Assembly (NCBI RefSeq): GCF_036321535.1
Contig: NC_087447.1
Span: 50,594,001 to 50,658,000 of the forward strand
Source of the DNA: Camelus dromedarius
Taxonomy: Eukaryota
Direction of reading: 5' to 3'
DNA length: 64,000 nucleotides
The notes under the pieces are model-generated. The model was not told where the DNA came from. It worked only from the letters and a program-made list of their open reading frames with translations, and made no database searches. This document shows positions 12,767 to 25,107 of this stretch, piece by piece; the stretch's first letter is position 1, and every line of letters begins with the position of its first letter. Position numbers and translations under genes: made by a program.

Positions 12767-13079
12767 CTAGTTTTTAAAACCACTTAAAACATAGTAGAAC
12801 ATTAAAAAAAATACTGTGTTTAAAAAATCGTTCCTAATCCCATTTTGCATAGATTCTCATTTCTGGCTTTTTTCCCTACATGTAAGTTAAAAAAAAAAAA
12901 AAAGAATTATATTTACACACCACCGTCTTTGTAATCTGCTTTTTTCTCATATCACTATCTTATGACATACTACTTTTCATGTCCATGAATGTAGGATAAA
13001 GATCAGGCAGTTTCCAAGCCCTTAATATATGAGAATGCTGAAATGAACTTTTTTGAACAGGAATTTGCAGCACCCTGTG

Positions 13080-13400
13080 CATTCTCTCGGCGTCAGCTGA
13101 CGGTCACAGCAGGGAGGTAGGGACAGCGAGCTCACCGTAGGGCATGCTGGGCCAGGGCGGCGCGCGCCGGGAACAAACGAGGCCGGGGGCGGGGCTGAGG
13201 GGCGGGCTTGGCAGCCGCGGGTCGGGGGTCAGGGCTTGTGTCCCCTAACTCCCCGCTGCAAGCTGTCTGGCTTCGATACAGCTGGGCGGGAGGGGTGATC
13301 TCGCTGAGGAGGTTCCCGGCTGGGCCCAGCTCCTGGAGGGGAACCTTGGTACTACTCTTGCTCTAACTTGGCGGCACTGGCGGCAGGCGTCCCCTCTGGG
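13080..13400. promoter_or_regulatory. Small orphan GC/CpG-rich patch; candidate enhancer or promoter
   Basis: Local CpG cluster with GC boxes (GGGGCGGGG ~13186, GGGGCGGG ~13199) in otherwise CpG-poor DNA. Confidence 0.5.
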
Positions 13401-13639
13401 GAGAGTTGCAGAACTGGTTATGCAAGTGTCCAGAGCTTGCTAGACAGACTTCAGACCTGCCGGTGCCCTCGGCACTGGTCAGACCTTTTGATGCTGCCTA
13501 AAGGTCTTGTAAGTGGAGGCCCCCAGGCAGCCAAGAGGCTTGGGTTGGGAAGCCGGCCGCCGTCAGGGATGGTGATGGAATGGCCCAAGGGAGACTTAGG
13601 ATGTTTCTGAACTCCTAAGTCCCTATTCTACATGTTTTT

Positions 13640-14330
13640 AATGAAACCTTAAAAAAAAATTATAAGGCATACATAAAAATAGAATAATGTAATAATCTCT
13701 ATGTACTCATTACCCAGCTTAGTCACATCTTAGTATTTTCCTGTATTTCCTCCAGGTTCTTTTGTTCTTTAAGAAATGAAGCATTAAATATACAGCTGAA
13801 TGTCTCTGTGTAACCCTCCCTAATTCCATTTCCTTCTCTCCCTATAGCTCACTGCCTTCTTGAATTCCGGGCTTTTTAATTTATTAACTCAGTGTGTGTT
13901 TTTATGCTTCTGGTACATACGTATTTATCCACAAAAACAAGTGGCTTGTTTTGCATGTTTTGAGCTTTATATAAATGATATCCTACTGTAGCTATTCCTA
14001 AATTTCCTTTTTCTCGCCTTAATATTGTGTATTTGAGTTCATTCAGTATAACAGCTGTATACTATTTCATTTTGTGATTATACTTAGTTCATTTTCACAT
14101 CCTTCTGTTCAATAAATAACCATGCAATTAACATTCTTGAACATGCCTCCTAATACACAGGTGTGAGAATTTTTAAGGATATATTCCTAGAAGTGTATTT
14201 GCTGAATCACGGTGTATGCACAGCTTCACCTTTGCCAGACATTGCTCTCCAAAGTGATTGTAAAGCATTTTATATTCCCACCAGCAATATCGAAAAGTTC
14301 ATAATGTTCTACATGGTTACCCAACTTGAT
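13640..14330 (-). mobile_element. Old L1ME-type fragment
   Basis: 'gcatgttttgagctttatataaatgatatc...atatattcctagaagtg...tatattcccaccagcaat'. Confidence 0.7.
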
Positions 14331-14586
14331 TTAGCTTTAACAAAGCCTTAAAAAGTTTCCTTTTAAATCAAATTCAGATTTCATCTCTTCCATTTGCTCT
14401 CAGTTTTACCCTGTATGAATTACTTTGCCTCTCTAAGCCTTGATTTTCTTATCTGTAAAATAGGGACAATGATACTTATCTTGCTGTGGTGACTAGCAGA
14501 ATTAAATGAAATAATGCATTAAAAAGTGTTTACTCACATGCCTGGCTGGCGTTTGATAGGCACTCCACAAGGAGTAGTAGTGGTGG

Positions 14587-14590
<4 letters not shown>

Positions 14591-14641
<51 letters not shown>
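14591..14641 (+). repeat. (AAT)17 microsatellite at a MIR tail
   Basis: Pure AAT run, preceded by short GTA/GTG runs. Confidence 0.95.
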
Positions 14642-14643
<2 letters not shown>

Positions 14644-15169
14644 ACGGTCAGTTTGTATTGAATTCAGGCATTGTCCTAAGTACTTGAAGCTGTTTCAAAG
14701 TCACAGAGATAGTAAGAGGCACTGCTGGATTCAGGTCTGTCAGAGAGTTTGGACTAGAACCTGCAGACTGCAGAGACCCACTGAAGGAGAATCATTCATT
14801 CATTTGCCTATCTGACAGCAGTTTGTGCTATCCTATAAATAGTCATCATTATTATTACAACGATGAAGCAATGTAGGGGAGAGGAAGGAGAAAAGGTTGG
14901 AGTTAGGCAACTCACTTTTTGCCTGGCCCTGTGCCTGGCCTGAGACACTTTCCTTACCCTGAGGTTGCTTGGAGTTTGGTTCAGTGTTTCTCTAGATCTG
15001 GTTCCCAGACTATCTGCCTGTCACTGACTGGTGCTTGTTCAACATGCAGGTTCCCTGGCCTGCAGGAATTCTGATTCTGAAGGTTCCTGGAGGAATATTA
15101 TGAGCAGAGATTCTGACATTCTCACAGTTTTGAGAGCCACTGATCTTACTCATGAGGAAGACAAGTAAA

Positions 15170-15905
15170 CAGATGGCTACAATACCGAAGGATAAGAGTT
15201 ACAACGGCAGGTCATGGAAGAGTTTCTGGAGGAAGACTGATCTGAGCTGAGACCTGAAAGATAAGAAAAGTTAGGCAAGGGGCAGGAAGGAAAGGGGAGA
15301 TTCAAGCAGCAGGAAAAATGAGAAAAGTGGCTTTTAGAGAAGAATATTTTAAAGTATTTTAATGTGACTGAAGTGCAGGTTGAAGCAATGAGGCCTCAGA
15401 AGTGGGTGGGAAAATCACAAAGGCTGTAAAGAGTCTTGTTGATCATGTCAGGGAGTCTGGATTTTATCCTGCAGGTAGCAGGAAACGTATTTATTTGGAG
15501 GAGGGCATCGATAGTTTTGAATTTAAGAAAGAGCCCTCTGGCAGACACAGTGTGAAGTACAGGCTGTGGGACTGGAATGTGGCGATCAGGAAGATCACAG
15601 GCAATCATGACCTGGACTGAGACAATGGCAAGAAGAGCAGGAGGCAAGTGGACAGATAGAAGAATCCATATGGGTGACTGATTGGACATGGCTGGATCGA
15701 GATAGGGAGGATTTAAGAATTCTTTCCTTAGGAAATTGGGTCAATGGCTGTGAATTTCACTGTAGTTAAAAAAAAAAAAACAAAAAACCACTGGAAGGGA
15801 AACCACTGTGGAGGGAAAATGACGAGATCATTTTAGGACATACTGAATTTGAGATCCTTATGAAATATCCAGGTAGAGCTGTCCAGAAGGTAGGTGGAAA
15901 TGCAG
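15170..15905 (-). mobile_element. L2 fragment
   Basis: 'ctgagctgagacctgaaagataag...gatcatgtcagggagtctggattttatcctg...ttttaggacatactgaatttgag'. Confidence 0.65.
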
Positions 15906-15908
15906 GTC

Positions 15909-16425
15909 TGTGGATATCTTGCTAGTTACTCACTTAATATCCTCCCCACCTTCTTCTTCCTTACAGAAGCCAACTTTGTATAGGATGCTGATGTGCCCAA
16001 TTAAAACATTCACCCTCCCATACTCTCTTGCCAGTCTTCTCAGACTCTCTATTGTTGGTCATGAGATCCAGTTCTGACCAATACTCTAAGTGGACATCCT
16101 TGGGTGGAGGTTCTGGGAAAGCTATTATTTTCCTGATAACAATGGACAGGTCCAGCTGGCATTTGCCTTTCACATTTGTTCTTTTTCCTTCTTCCTGCCT
16201 AAACAGGGTTGTGATGCTTGGACAAGATGTAACAATTTTATAAGCATGAGGATGAAGGCCCTATGCTCAGGGAGGCAAAGGAGAAAGTCAGAAAGATTTG
16301 GACATTGTGGAGCTGTTGTCTGGCTCTGGCCTGTCTACCATCTTAGACAAATAAACCCTAATTTAGTTAAGCCACTGGGATTGGTTTTCTATCACCTGCA
16401 GCAAAACGTGATCCTAATTGATTCA
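15909..16425 (+). mobile_element. MaLR LTR (old MLT1 type)
   Basis: TG...CA ends; 3' end 'ttaagccactgggattggttttctatcacctgcagcaaaacgtgatcctaattgattca'. Confidence 0.65.
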
Positions 16426-17804
16426 AGGGCTAAAGCACTGGAGACAGATCTGGGTTAGAGATAGAGATTTAGGTCAGCATCTGAGCATTTGGGTGGATAC
16501 AAGAAAACCAGGCACCCAAATATGCACAAATGTAAGAGATTCTTATGAGTTAAAGGACAGAGAGGGCTCAGGGTGTAGGCAACATTGAAAGGAGGAATTC
16601 CTGTTCATAGGGCAAGTTTTTTTAGGTTACTTTTATAACGTTGATACTTCCATAACCTCATTCAAAACAAAACAATCAATTTAGGGCTACTCAGTTCATA
16701 CTCAACCCTTCTGAAATGTATGTTGTATCTATTTTCCAGGTGCTTAAGCAAGGGCTGATGACCCTGGTCATAGAGTGGTGACTTACTTCCTAGGGTGTGG
16801 CATGTTTGGGGCTCAGGAGCAGACTGGGTAAACCTCAGCTCTCCTCTGTTCCCTGAAGCAAGTGCCACGGGAGTTCCTTCTGGAAAGGCTGGTGCGAGGA
16901 CTGCCCGCCCAGGACCTGTGTTGCAGTTTAACCTGACTGTCCTATCTTTTGTCAAGATAACTTGCCACAGCCTCCTAATTGAGCAATCAGACTAATTTTC
17001 CTGATTCCCCTCTTCTTCCCACCCTACCCCCAACAACAAAAATCCCCCAAACCAAAAATTGGTTCTCCTTAACATACGGAAACATGTTACTTCCTTTCTT
17101 GATTAGTTTGTTATCTCTAGGATAAAGCCCCAACACCTTATCACAGTATATTAGGTCCCAGTCTTTCCATCCTCAGTCCCTGATATTTGGCACCACTGTC
17201 CCCCCATCTCTGCACACATGGTCAGCCACCCTGAATGTCTCACTCTGCCCACATTTCTCTTGCCCTTTCAAGCCCTTGCAGGCTGTTTTCTTGCCCAATG
17301 CTTTCTCCGCCTCATGTTCTGACTGACTCTCTACATCCACCCACTGCAGCCAGATAAATTTGCTGGTGTTCCGGCAGCTGAGAATGGCTAGAAACCCAGG
17401 AGCAGTCCACTACCTACTTCTCCCTCAATCTCCCACATCCCTCCAATGCCCTGCTTCAGTCTGTCTCCAAATCCTGTTGGTTCTATCTCTCAAACATCTA
17501 TAAATTTGTCTCCTCCTCTCCATCACCACTTCTACTAACCAAATCACTGCAAGTATCTCCAGGACATTCCATGTCTTTAGTCTTTCCCAGTTCAATCAGT
17601 CTGTCCTCCCCTCTGCAAATTTACCCATGTTGGTCTCTTCCTTAAAAAAAAAAAAAAACCCTCTAGGTCCCTAAGGGAATTGTCCCTGCAGAACTCTCAA
17701 GCCCCATTTCCTACACTCTAGGTGCCGAGAGAACGCAAATGCAGTGTTGGCTACAGCCCTCTGAACTGCAGAGAACCGTCTACTGAGCTCCTGCAGGACT
17801 AGCT

Positions 17805-18050
17805 TGGCATAGTAGTTAAGAGCATGGCCTCTGGCGCCAGACTGCCTGGATTCCAGCCTCTACTCAGCTGCCATTAGGTGGGTGCCCTTGGGTGAAATCT
17901 CACTATGTCAGTTTCATCATTGGGAAATGGGAGCTAAAGGTAGCCCTCACTCATAGGGTTGTCAGAAAGATTTTAGAAAGTAATACTCAAGAGTACCCAG
18001 AACAGTGTCAGGAACAGAGTAAACATTATATAAATGTTAACTATTATAAT
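17805..18050 (+). mobile_element. MIR SINE
   Basis: 'ggcatagtagttaagagcatggcctctggcgccagactgcctggattc...taaatgttaactattat'. Confidence 0.8.
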
Positions 18051-19229
18051 TGTTTGTTACATTTTGATCCCTGAAATTTGTCTATTTTGTCCCCTTCTGT
18101 TGTCTAGAATAGTGCAGGAGACACGGCAGCAGGTGGCTTGTGGTTAGGGTATGGGGTGGGGTGGGGATGAGAGGAAATACTGGGAGATTAGGGGCCAAGG
18201 AAGCTTAACTGTCTCAAGGAGTGTGAAATTGACTTTTTGTTCTCTGTAATCCAACTTTCCTCTTAGTTTAGAAAGCAGGTCTTATGAGAAAGTGAGGCCC
18301 AAATGTTCCCCACTATCTCCCTGTGCATGGTGGGCAGTATGATTCCCTGTGCTTCACCAAGAAGGCTTTTCTTCCCTTCAAAGTAATAATAATACCACAA
18401 TACCATGAGATATATTGATCTCATTCCATTTCTGGGTCTGTATTTTGCAACTTTTAAAGAAGTTTAATCCAAACATGAAGTGGGTACTGCTGCTTCCCCA
18501 TTTTATATACAGGGAAACTGAGGCTTAGAGAGGTTAATAGGACCAAGATCACAGCTTATTAAGAGGTGGGATACAATGCCATGTACTGCATTTCAGAGCC
18601 AATACCCTTAACTGCTATGCCAGATCGCTTCATAAAAGTGGATTTGTTACTTAATCTGAGAAACATCTAGATTTGCTCACATGCTAGATCCAGTGCTGGA
18701 CACTGGGAACATAAGATGAATATGGGTGATCCTTTCTCTCCAGGACCTCATAGCTGCCTTGTGGGTATAAACCAGGCAACAGACAAAGAGGCCAAGTGTG
18801 GGAAATGGACAGAGCCAGAAAGCAAGAAGGAAGCACTAACTCTGCCTGAAGAGTGGGGCCTAGGGCCCAGCTACAGATGTGGCAGTTGAGTCTCAGAGTC
18901 TGGGGCTGGGCGTGATGATTACACTGATGATGTTTCTGGAAGCATAAGCATCAGCAGATGCATAAAACACTTATTCTTTAAAGCTTATCACGAATTGTAA
19001 GTGAAAACAGAAGTTCTAAAATTATCTATATTTTGGGGTTCTATTTTAACAAAACATATACATTCCTATGTTTTAATAAAACATACACACAGAGAAGAAT
19101 GTTTGGCTAGTTATATACCAAAATATTATCAGTGGTTACTACCAACTGATGAAATTTCAGGTGTTTCTTTATATGTATATATATATTTATTGTGGATTGT
19201 ATTTTTATTGTATAAATACATTTTATATT

Positions 19230-20030
19230 ATGAAACATAATTTTAATGTGGAAATAAATTGATACAACCACTTTAGAAAACTATTTGGCATTACTTAATA
19301 CATTTGAAAATGTGAAGACTTCCGTTCATAGGTAATGTTGCTAAAGAAACTTGCACATGTGTATCAGATTTGTAAAAAGAATGTTCATGGGAACATCGGT
19401 TTTAATAGCAAAAATGGGAAACAACTTACATCCATCTCAGGAAAATGGATAAACACATTGTGTGTTGTACAATAAAAGATTTATTATAAAAGACTAATGA
19501 AGGAACTACAGCTTTATGCCACATACATGGATGAATCTTAAAAGCATAATATTGAGGGGAGGGTATAGCTCAGTTGTAGAGTGCATGCCTAGCATACATG
19601 AGGTCCTGGGTTCAATCCTCAGTATCTCCGCTAAGTAAATAAATAAATAAACCTAATTACCTCCCCCTCCAAAAGGAAAAAATAAAAGCACAATATTGAG
19701 CTGAGAAAAAGCAAGTCTCAGAAGAATATTTACTATATGTGTTCACATTTAAAAAATTTAAAAACATACCAAATCTATGCTCAGGGATACAGTCATCTGA
19801 TAAAAGTATACAGAAAGGTAAAGGAATGATAAAAACAAAATTCAGGAAGGTGGTTGATTCTGGAAGGAGGAAAGTGATGAGACTGGAGAAGGACGCACAA
19901 GAGCTTAAGGAATCAGTCAAGTTCTCTTTTAAGCTGAGTGGTGGCGATTTCAAGATTCATTTCATTTTTGCTCTCTACATGTGATATATTATTTTTATAT
20001 ATTGCATATTTCATAATAGAACTATTTTTC
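19230..20030 (+). mobile_element. Old L1ME-type 3' fragment
   Basis: 'aaattgatacaaccactttagaaaactatttggca...aaaatggataaacacattgtg...catggatgaatctta'; interrupted by a SINE. Confidence 0.7.
19557..19682 (+). mobile_element. Full-length camelid-type tRNA-derived SINE (Vic-1-like)
   Basis: Pol III A-box (tagctcagttgtag) and B-box (gggttcaatcc); tail aataaacctaattacctcccc; 18-bp TSD taaaagca(t/c)aatattgag at 19539-19556 and 19683-19700. Confidence 0.92.
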
Positions 20031-20354
20031 ATCCGTATTTTTAATTTTTTCAAAACGAACTTGTATTTCTTGTTTTATTAAATGGAGAAAGTAAATAACA
20101 CATGTAATAACACTTTAAAAATTCTTATTCTTTTGTACCTTTTCTCACCCTTGCCTTTTTATATCATTCATTCACCACATATTAACTGAGGGCTTAATCT
20201 GTACCAAGCTATATGTTGGGGATACAGTGGGGTTACATGGTTCCTATATTTGTGCGGCTTATCTTCACGGGTGTGCTCCATATCCCTGTAAAATTCTCAG
20301 AGTTAGGCTTCATTATCAATATTTTACAAATTCATTAGCAGTTTTTCTTAATGT

Positions 20355-20600
20355 AGCTATTAAGCACCTAAGCTCTGAAGTTAGGCTGCCTAAATTCAAA
20401 TCTTGGCTCTGCTGCAAACTAGTCCTGTACATTCAGGCAAGTAACTTAACCTCTTTGTCTTTTAATGTCCCTAACTATGAAATGGGGAAAAGAACAGTAT
20501 CTACCTTACAGGGTTGTTGTGAGATTTAACTAAGTCAATATACATAGAAAGAATTCAGAACGGGGCCTGGTCCAATGGTAAATGTTTAATAAATGTTACA
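20355..20600 (+). mobile_element. MIR SINE followed by a TTA/TTG low-complexity tail
   Basis: 'ggcaagtaacttaacctctttgtc...tgaaatgggg...ctaccttacagggttgttgtgagatt'. Confidence 0.75.
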
Positions 20601-21544
20601 TTATTATTATTGTTGTTGTTGTTATTGTTATTGTTGTTATTATTCTATAAATACTCCCTGAGCACCAATTCGGTGTCAGGCCCAAGCGAAGGACTAGAGA
20701 TACAGAGAATGAGACAGGGTCTGGAAGACTGACTCCTAAGCAGAATACGATAGAATGTGAGAAGAGCTATGTGGAGGGAAACCCAAGGGCTGCAGAGACA
20801 GATAGGGGCCCCAACCCAAGCTGGGTGTCAGGGGGCTCTTCCCAGAGAGGCTTTAGTTTGTGTCCCTGGGGTTTGGTCTGTTGCACTTGGCCGACACTCT
20901 AACATCCCCCACAGATAGGAGCTAGGAAGTGTTGATAGGCTGCCATGACTGTGCCTCCCTGTAAAAGAGGCCACCAGGTAACTGGGAGATCATAAGATCA
21001 CTTAATCTGTGCTGAGCTTTCATTTACATTTTGTGGTTTCAAATTTTCCTTTGCAGTTGTGAAGTTATGGTGCAGTGTATCCCATGCAGAAAAAATGAAT
21101 TACAGCTTGGATTTCTTTTGTTGTCTTGGGAACTAGTAGAAAGGGCTTTCAATAGGAATCTGGTTGAAAGCTTTCGAAATGTGGGTTCTCATCTGTTAGT
21201 TAAAAATATACAGGCATTGGAAATAACCTAAATACCCAGTAGTAAAGGAACACTAACATGGATATTTAATAATTAAGTAAATTGTGGTATATCTATAAAA
21301 CTGAGTAAAGCTATTAATATATTTACAAGACTTTTTTAATGGCATGAGAAATGCTTATTTAAAATATGACACACAAAGGCAATATTAGCTCTATCATGTA
21401 AAAAAAATCCATAGGTAAAATTCTTGAAGAAAATACACTTAAATGTTGAGAATGGTTATTGCTAGTTGGTGAGATTACAGGTGATTTCCTTTATTTTTTA
21501 TAACTTTTTGGATATTTTCTAAATTTTACAGCATAAGAATGTAT

Positions 21545-22990
21545 TTAAAAAAAACAGCTTTATTAAGATACAACTTGCATACCATACAGTTAGTGTACAA
21601 TTTAGAGTATACAATTTCTTTTTGCATAATTATCGAGTTGTGCAACCATTACCACAAACTAATTTTAGAACACTTTCATCATCCCCAAAGAAACCAAACA
21701 TGTCCCCACCAGTAGTCACTCTGAATTCCTGCTCCCTCTTTAAGCCAACAACTAATTTAGTTTCTATCTCTATAGATTTGCCTAGTCTGGATGTTTTATA
21801 TAAATGGAATCCTACAATATGTAACCTTTAGTGTTTGGCTTCTTTGACGGAGCATAATCGTTACAAGGTTCATCCATGTTGCATCATGTATCCGTATTTC
21901 ATTTTTTTATTCTCAAATAATATTCCACTGTACGGGTATTTCACATTTTATTAATTCGTTCATCAGTTGATGGGATTTGCTTTGTTTCCACTCTTTGGCT
22001 ATTGTGAATAATGCTGCTATGAGCATCCTTATACAATTTTTTGTGGACAGATGTTTTCAATTCTCTTGGGATATACCTAGGAGAGTTGTTAGGTCACATG
22101 GTAACTCTACCTAGCATTTTGAGGAACTGCTTTTCAAAGTGGATGCATCATTTTACCTACCAGCAATGTAGGAGGGTTCCAATTTCTCCACATCTTTGCT
22201 AACAATTGTTATTGTCTGTCTTTTTGGTTATAGCCATCTTAGTATGTGTGAAATAGCATCTCATTGTGGTTTTGACTTGCATTTCTCACATGGCAAACGT
22301 GAACATCTTTTCTGTGATTATTGGCCATTTGTATATCTTTTTTGGAGAAATGGTCAAAATGCTTTGACCATTTTTTGTCGGTTTTTTTTTTGAGTTGTAG
22401 GAGTTCTTTATGTATTCAGAATACAAGTCTTCTATCAGATATATGATTTGCAAATACTTTCTCCTATTTTTGGTATCATTTGCATCAAAAGTTTTTAAGT
22501 TTGTTGAAGTCCAACTTATTTATTTTTTCTTTTGTCAGGTGTGTTTTTGGTATTTTATGAAAGAAACTGTTGTCTAACCCAAGGTTAAAAGATTTACTTT
22601 TATGTAAACTTCTAAGAGTTTTATAGTTGTAGATCTTACACATAAGTCTATGTTTGATTGTGAGTTAAAATTTGTCTATTATGGCAGAAGTCTAATTCCA
22701 TTCTTTTGCATATGGATATCCAGTTGTCACACCACCTGTTGAAAAGACTATTCTTTCCCTATTGGATTGTCTTGGCAACCTTGTTGAAAATCAATTGACC
22801 ACAAATGTACAGATTTATTTCTGGAGTCTCAGTTCTATTCCATTGATCTACACGTTTATCCTTATACCAGTACTACATTGTCTTGATTAGTGTTTGTTTG
22901 TAATAACTGTTGAAATAGGGAATTGTGAGTCCTCCAGTTTTGTTTTTTTCAAGATAGTTTTGGCTGTTCCAGGTTCCTTACATTTCCATG
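21545..22990 (-). mobile_element. L1MB-type LINE fragment (3' UTR and decayed ORF2 end)
   Basis: 'cagctttattaagatacaac...gcataatcgttacaaggttcatccatgttg...gttgaaaagactattctttcc...ttccaggttccttacatttccatg'. Confidence 0.85.
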
Positions 22991-24970
22991 CATTGCATTT
23001 ATACTTGGCAGGAAAAGTTTTTTAGAAAAGAGAGAAAGGAAGACAGACATTGCTGAAGGAACTATAAAATCCATTTTGTTTTTTCTGAGTGATACTACTG
23101 CAGCCCACCTTTCCTCTTGGGCAGGGGAGTTAATTTTTCTCTCCTAAATTTTGTCCTGGCCATGGTAGGTTGTTTTATTTTTTTCCCCCACTGTTAATGA
23201 ACAATGTGCAGGGTATTGATTTAGCCAAGGCCTCATCCCCTGCCTTGAGTCACTTGGCTGGATTAGGGATTTCTTTCTACATAACAACTTCCACGACACT
23301 AATTTTTGCTGTACCCCTAGCAAGTATTATCATACTCTATGGTTGTGGTCACTACACTGTTTTTATTGCAATCTCAACAGCAAATCACTTTTAGCATGTA
23401 TTTCTGCATATTCATCTTGAATATACAAATATAGGTATATTTATTCACTTTTAAATGATATATACTTATGATTATTATATATATTAAGAACATACATGAG
23501 ACAGAAATTTTAGAGGACAAGATAAAAAGTGATTCGAAATAGAAGTTTTCTCACACCTCAATTTTATTTATCTCTCTGGAGAGTGCTGTCTTGGATCTTT
23601 CCTGTTTCCCTCTGTGTGTTCCCAGCACCCAGCCCAAGGCCACGTACATGGCAGAAGCTCAATGTCAGCTGTTCAAAAGAAAAATTTCAGATAGCCTACT
23701 ATCTCTATTAAAACACACTGCCTTTATTCCTAGGTTTTGCACCCTGCAAGTCGACATTTGAGTCACTTTATAGAGAGGCTTTGCGTGCCTCATTTCTCCT
23801 TATTTTTTTTTAACCTTTGATTACACCTTATCTGACTTATTTCTTTAGAAAATGGCAATTGTGTCATCCTTAACTACACTCTTCATTTCAAACTGCGTGG
23901 TCAGGCAGAATCCTGGGTGTTAGGACCATGAAGAATGGAAATAAAGCTTTCATATGAGGTTGTACCTATCACTGCAGGATGTGAACAAAGGGCAAGGGAG
24001 CTCTTGGTGATGAAAGCCAGAAAGGGCTTCAGGAAGCTGGATTCTAAAGGACCAGGGAAATTAGCCAAATGGAGAGGAGAGGAAATCGGTCCCAGGTGAA
24101 CCACAGGAGCAAAGGCAGGAAGTTGTGGGTGGACCCCGAACATTCTGAGCTAGGGGAATTTGATGCAGCTGAACACAAGGGGCAGGGGGCAGTAGCATTT
24201 GTGTTTTAAAACGACCCCTCAAGCAGCTGTTAAGTATTAAGAGTCTTGAGACTGGTAGTAGGGGAGGCTGTTGGTTGCCTGAAGAGTACGGCACAGTTGT
24301 AGATTGTTAGAGGGTTAGAAACTTCTGGGCTTGGAAGCCCAAACAGAAATGAACTCTGCGTCAGTGCTCTGGCTACACTGTTTTTTAGGATCTCAAAGCC
24401 CATCCCCCTGCACCCCCCCCCCCACCGCCCGGTCCAGGGTTTGTTGCCCTTTACCTTTGTTCCCAAGTGACGTTTATACCTTTATCATAAAGTTACTGTT
24501 TCTTTCAAGGGAGTCCCCGGCAGGGCTGGGAGTGTTCAGTTTCTGGACTCTGTTGAGGCCTGAGGCCAAAGGAGGACACTGAGGTACACCTCTGCATAGA
24601 TTTTATCAAGCCACAGCTGCCCCTATAAAACCAAACACTCCCACACAGAAACTCAGACAACCTGATTAGAAAACTGCCTCCGAGACGTCAGAAACGCTGA
24701 ACCCACAACCAAGGGCGTGTCTAGGCGGGGCCGGCGGTCCAGGTCACACCCCTTCCCGAGGAAGGAGGAGGCAGGGCAGCCCCGGGGCCCTCGGGCTGGG
24801 CCCTGCGCCGGCCGCGGTGGGCGGGGCCTCCGCCCGAGTAGGATCGCTGACGGCGCCGGGCCCCGCCCCTCAGGGTGGGAGGACGGACGGGGCGTGAGGC
24901 GAGCGCGCCAGTAGGGCCCGAGCCCGCCTGGGAGCCCGCGGAGCCGAGCGCACCGAGCGGAGCCCCTGGG

Positions 24971-24997
24971 CGGCGGCGGCGGCGGCGGCGGCGGCGG
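24971..24997 (+). repeat. (CGG)9 trinucleotide repeat in the presumed 5' UTR
   Basis: Nine uninterrupted CGG units ending 7 nt before the ATG. Confidence 0.95.
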
Positions 24998-25004
24998 GCG
25001 CGTG

Positions 25005-25107
25005 ATGGCTCCGGCCGCGGACCGCGAGGGCTACTGGGGCCCCACTACCTCCACGCTGGACTGGTGTGAGGAGAACTACGCGGTGACCTGGTACATCGCC
25101 GAGTTCT
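25005..25107 (+). CDS. ACER3: Alkaline ceramidase 3, first coding exon (34 codons + 1 nt, phase-1 donor)
   Basis: ATG at 25005 in strong Kozak context (gcgtgATGG) encodes [34 protein letters not shown]. This is the recognisable ACER3 N-terminus with the DWCEENY...AE Ca-binding motif of alkaline ceramidases. Canonical donor T|GTAAGT at 25108, and the exon sits in a CpG island. Confidence 0.96.

Noticed and set aside
19557..19635. tRNA-like sequence with A and B boxes (also 10020-10090, 47546, 57100)
   Set aside because: SINE heads with A-rich tails and TSDs, not tRNA genes.
24624..24630. TATAAAA upstream of ACER3
   Set aside because: About 380 bp from the ATG and outside the CpG-island core; no TSS evidence.
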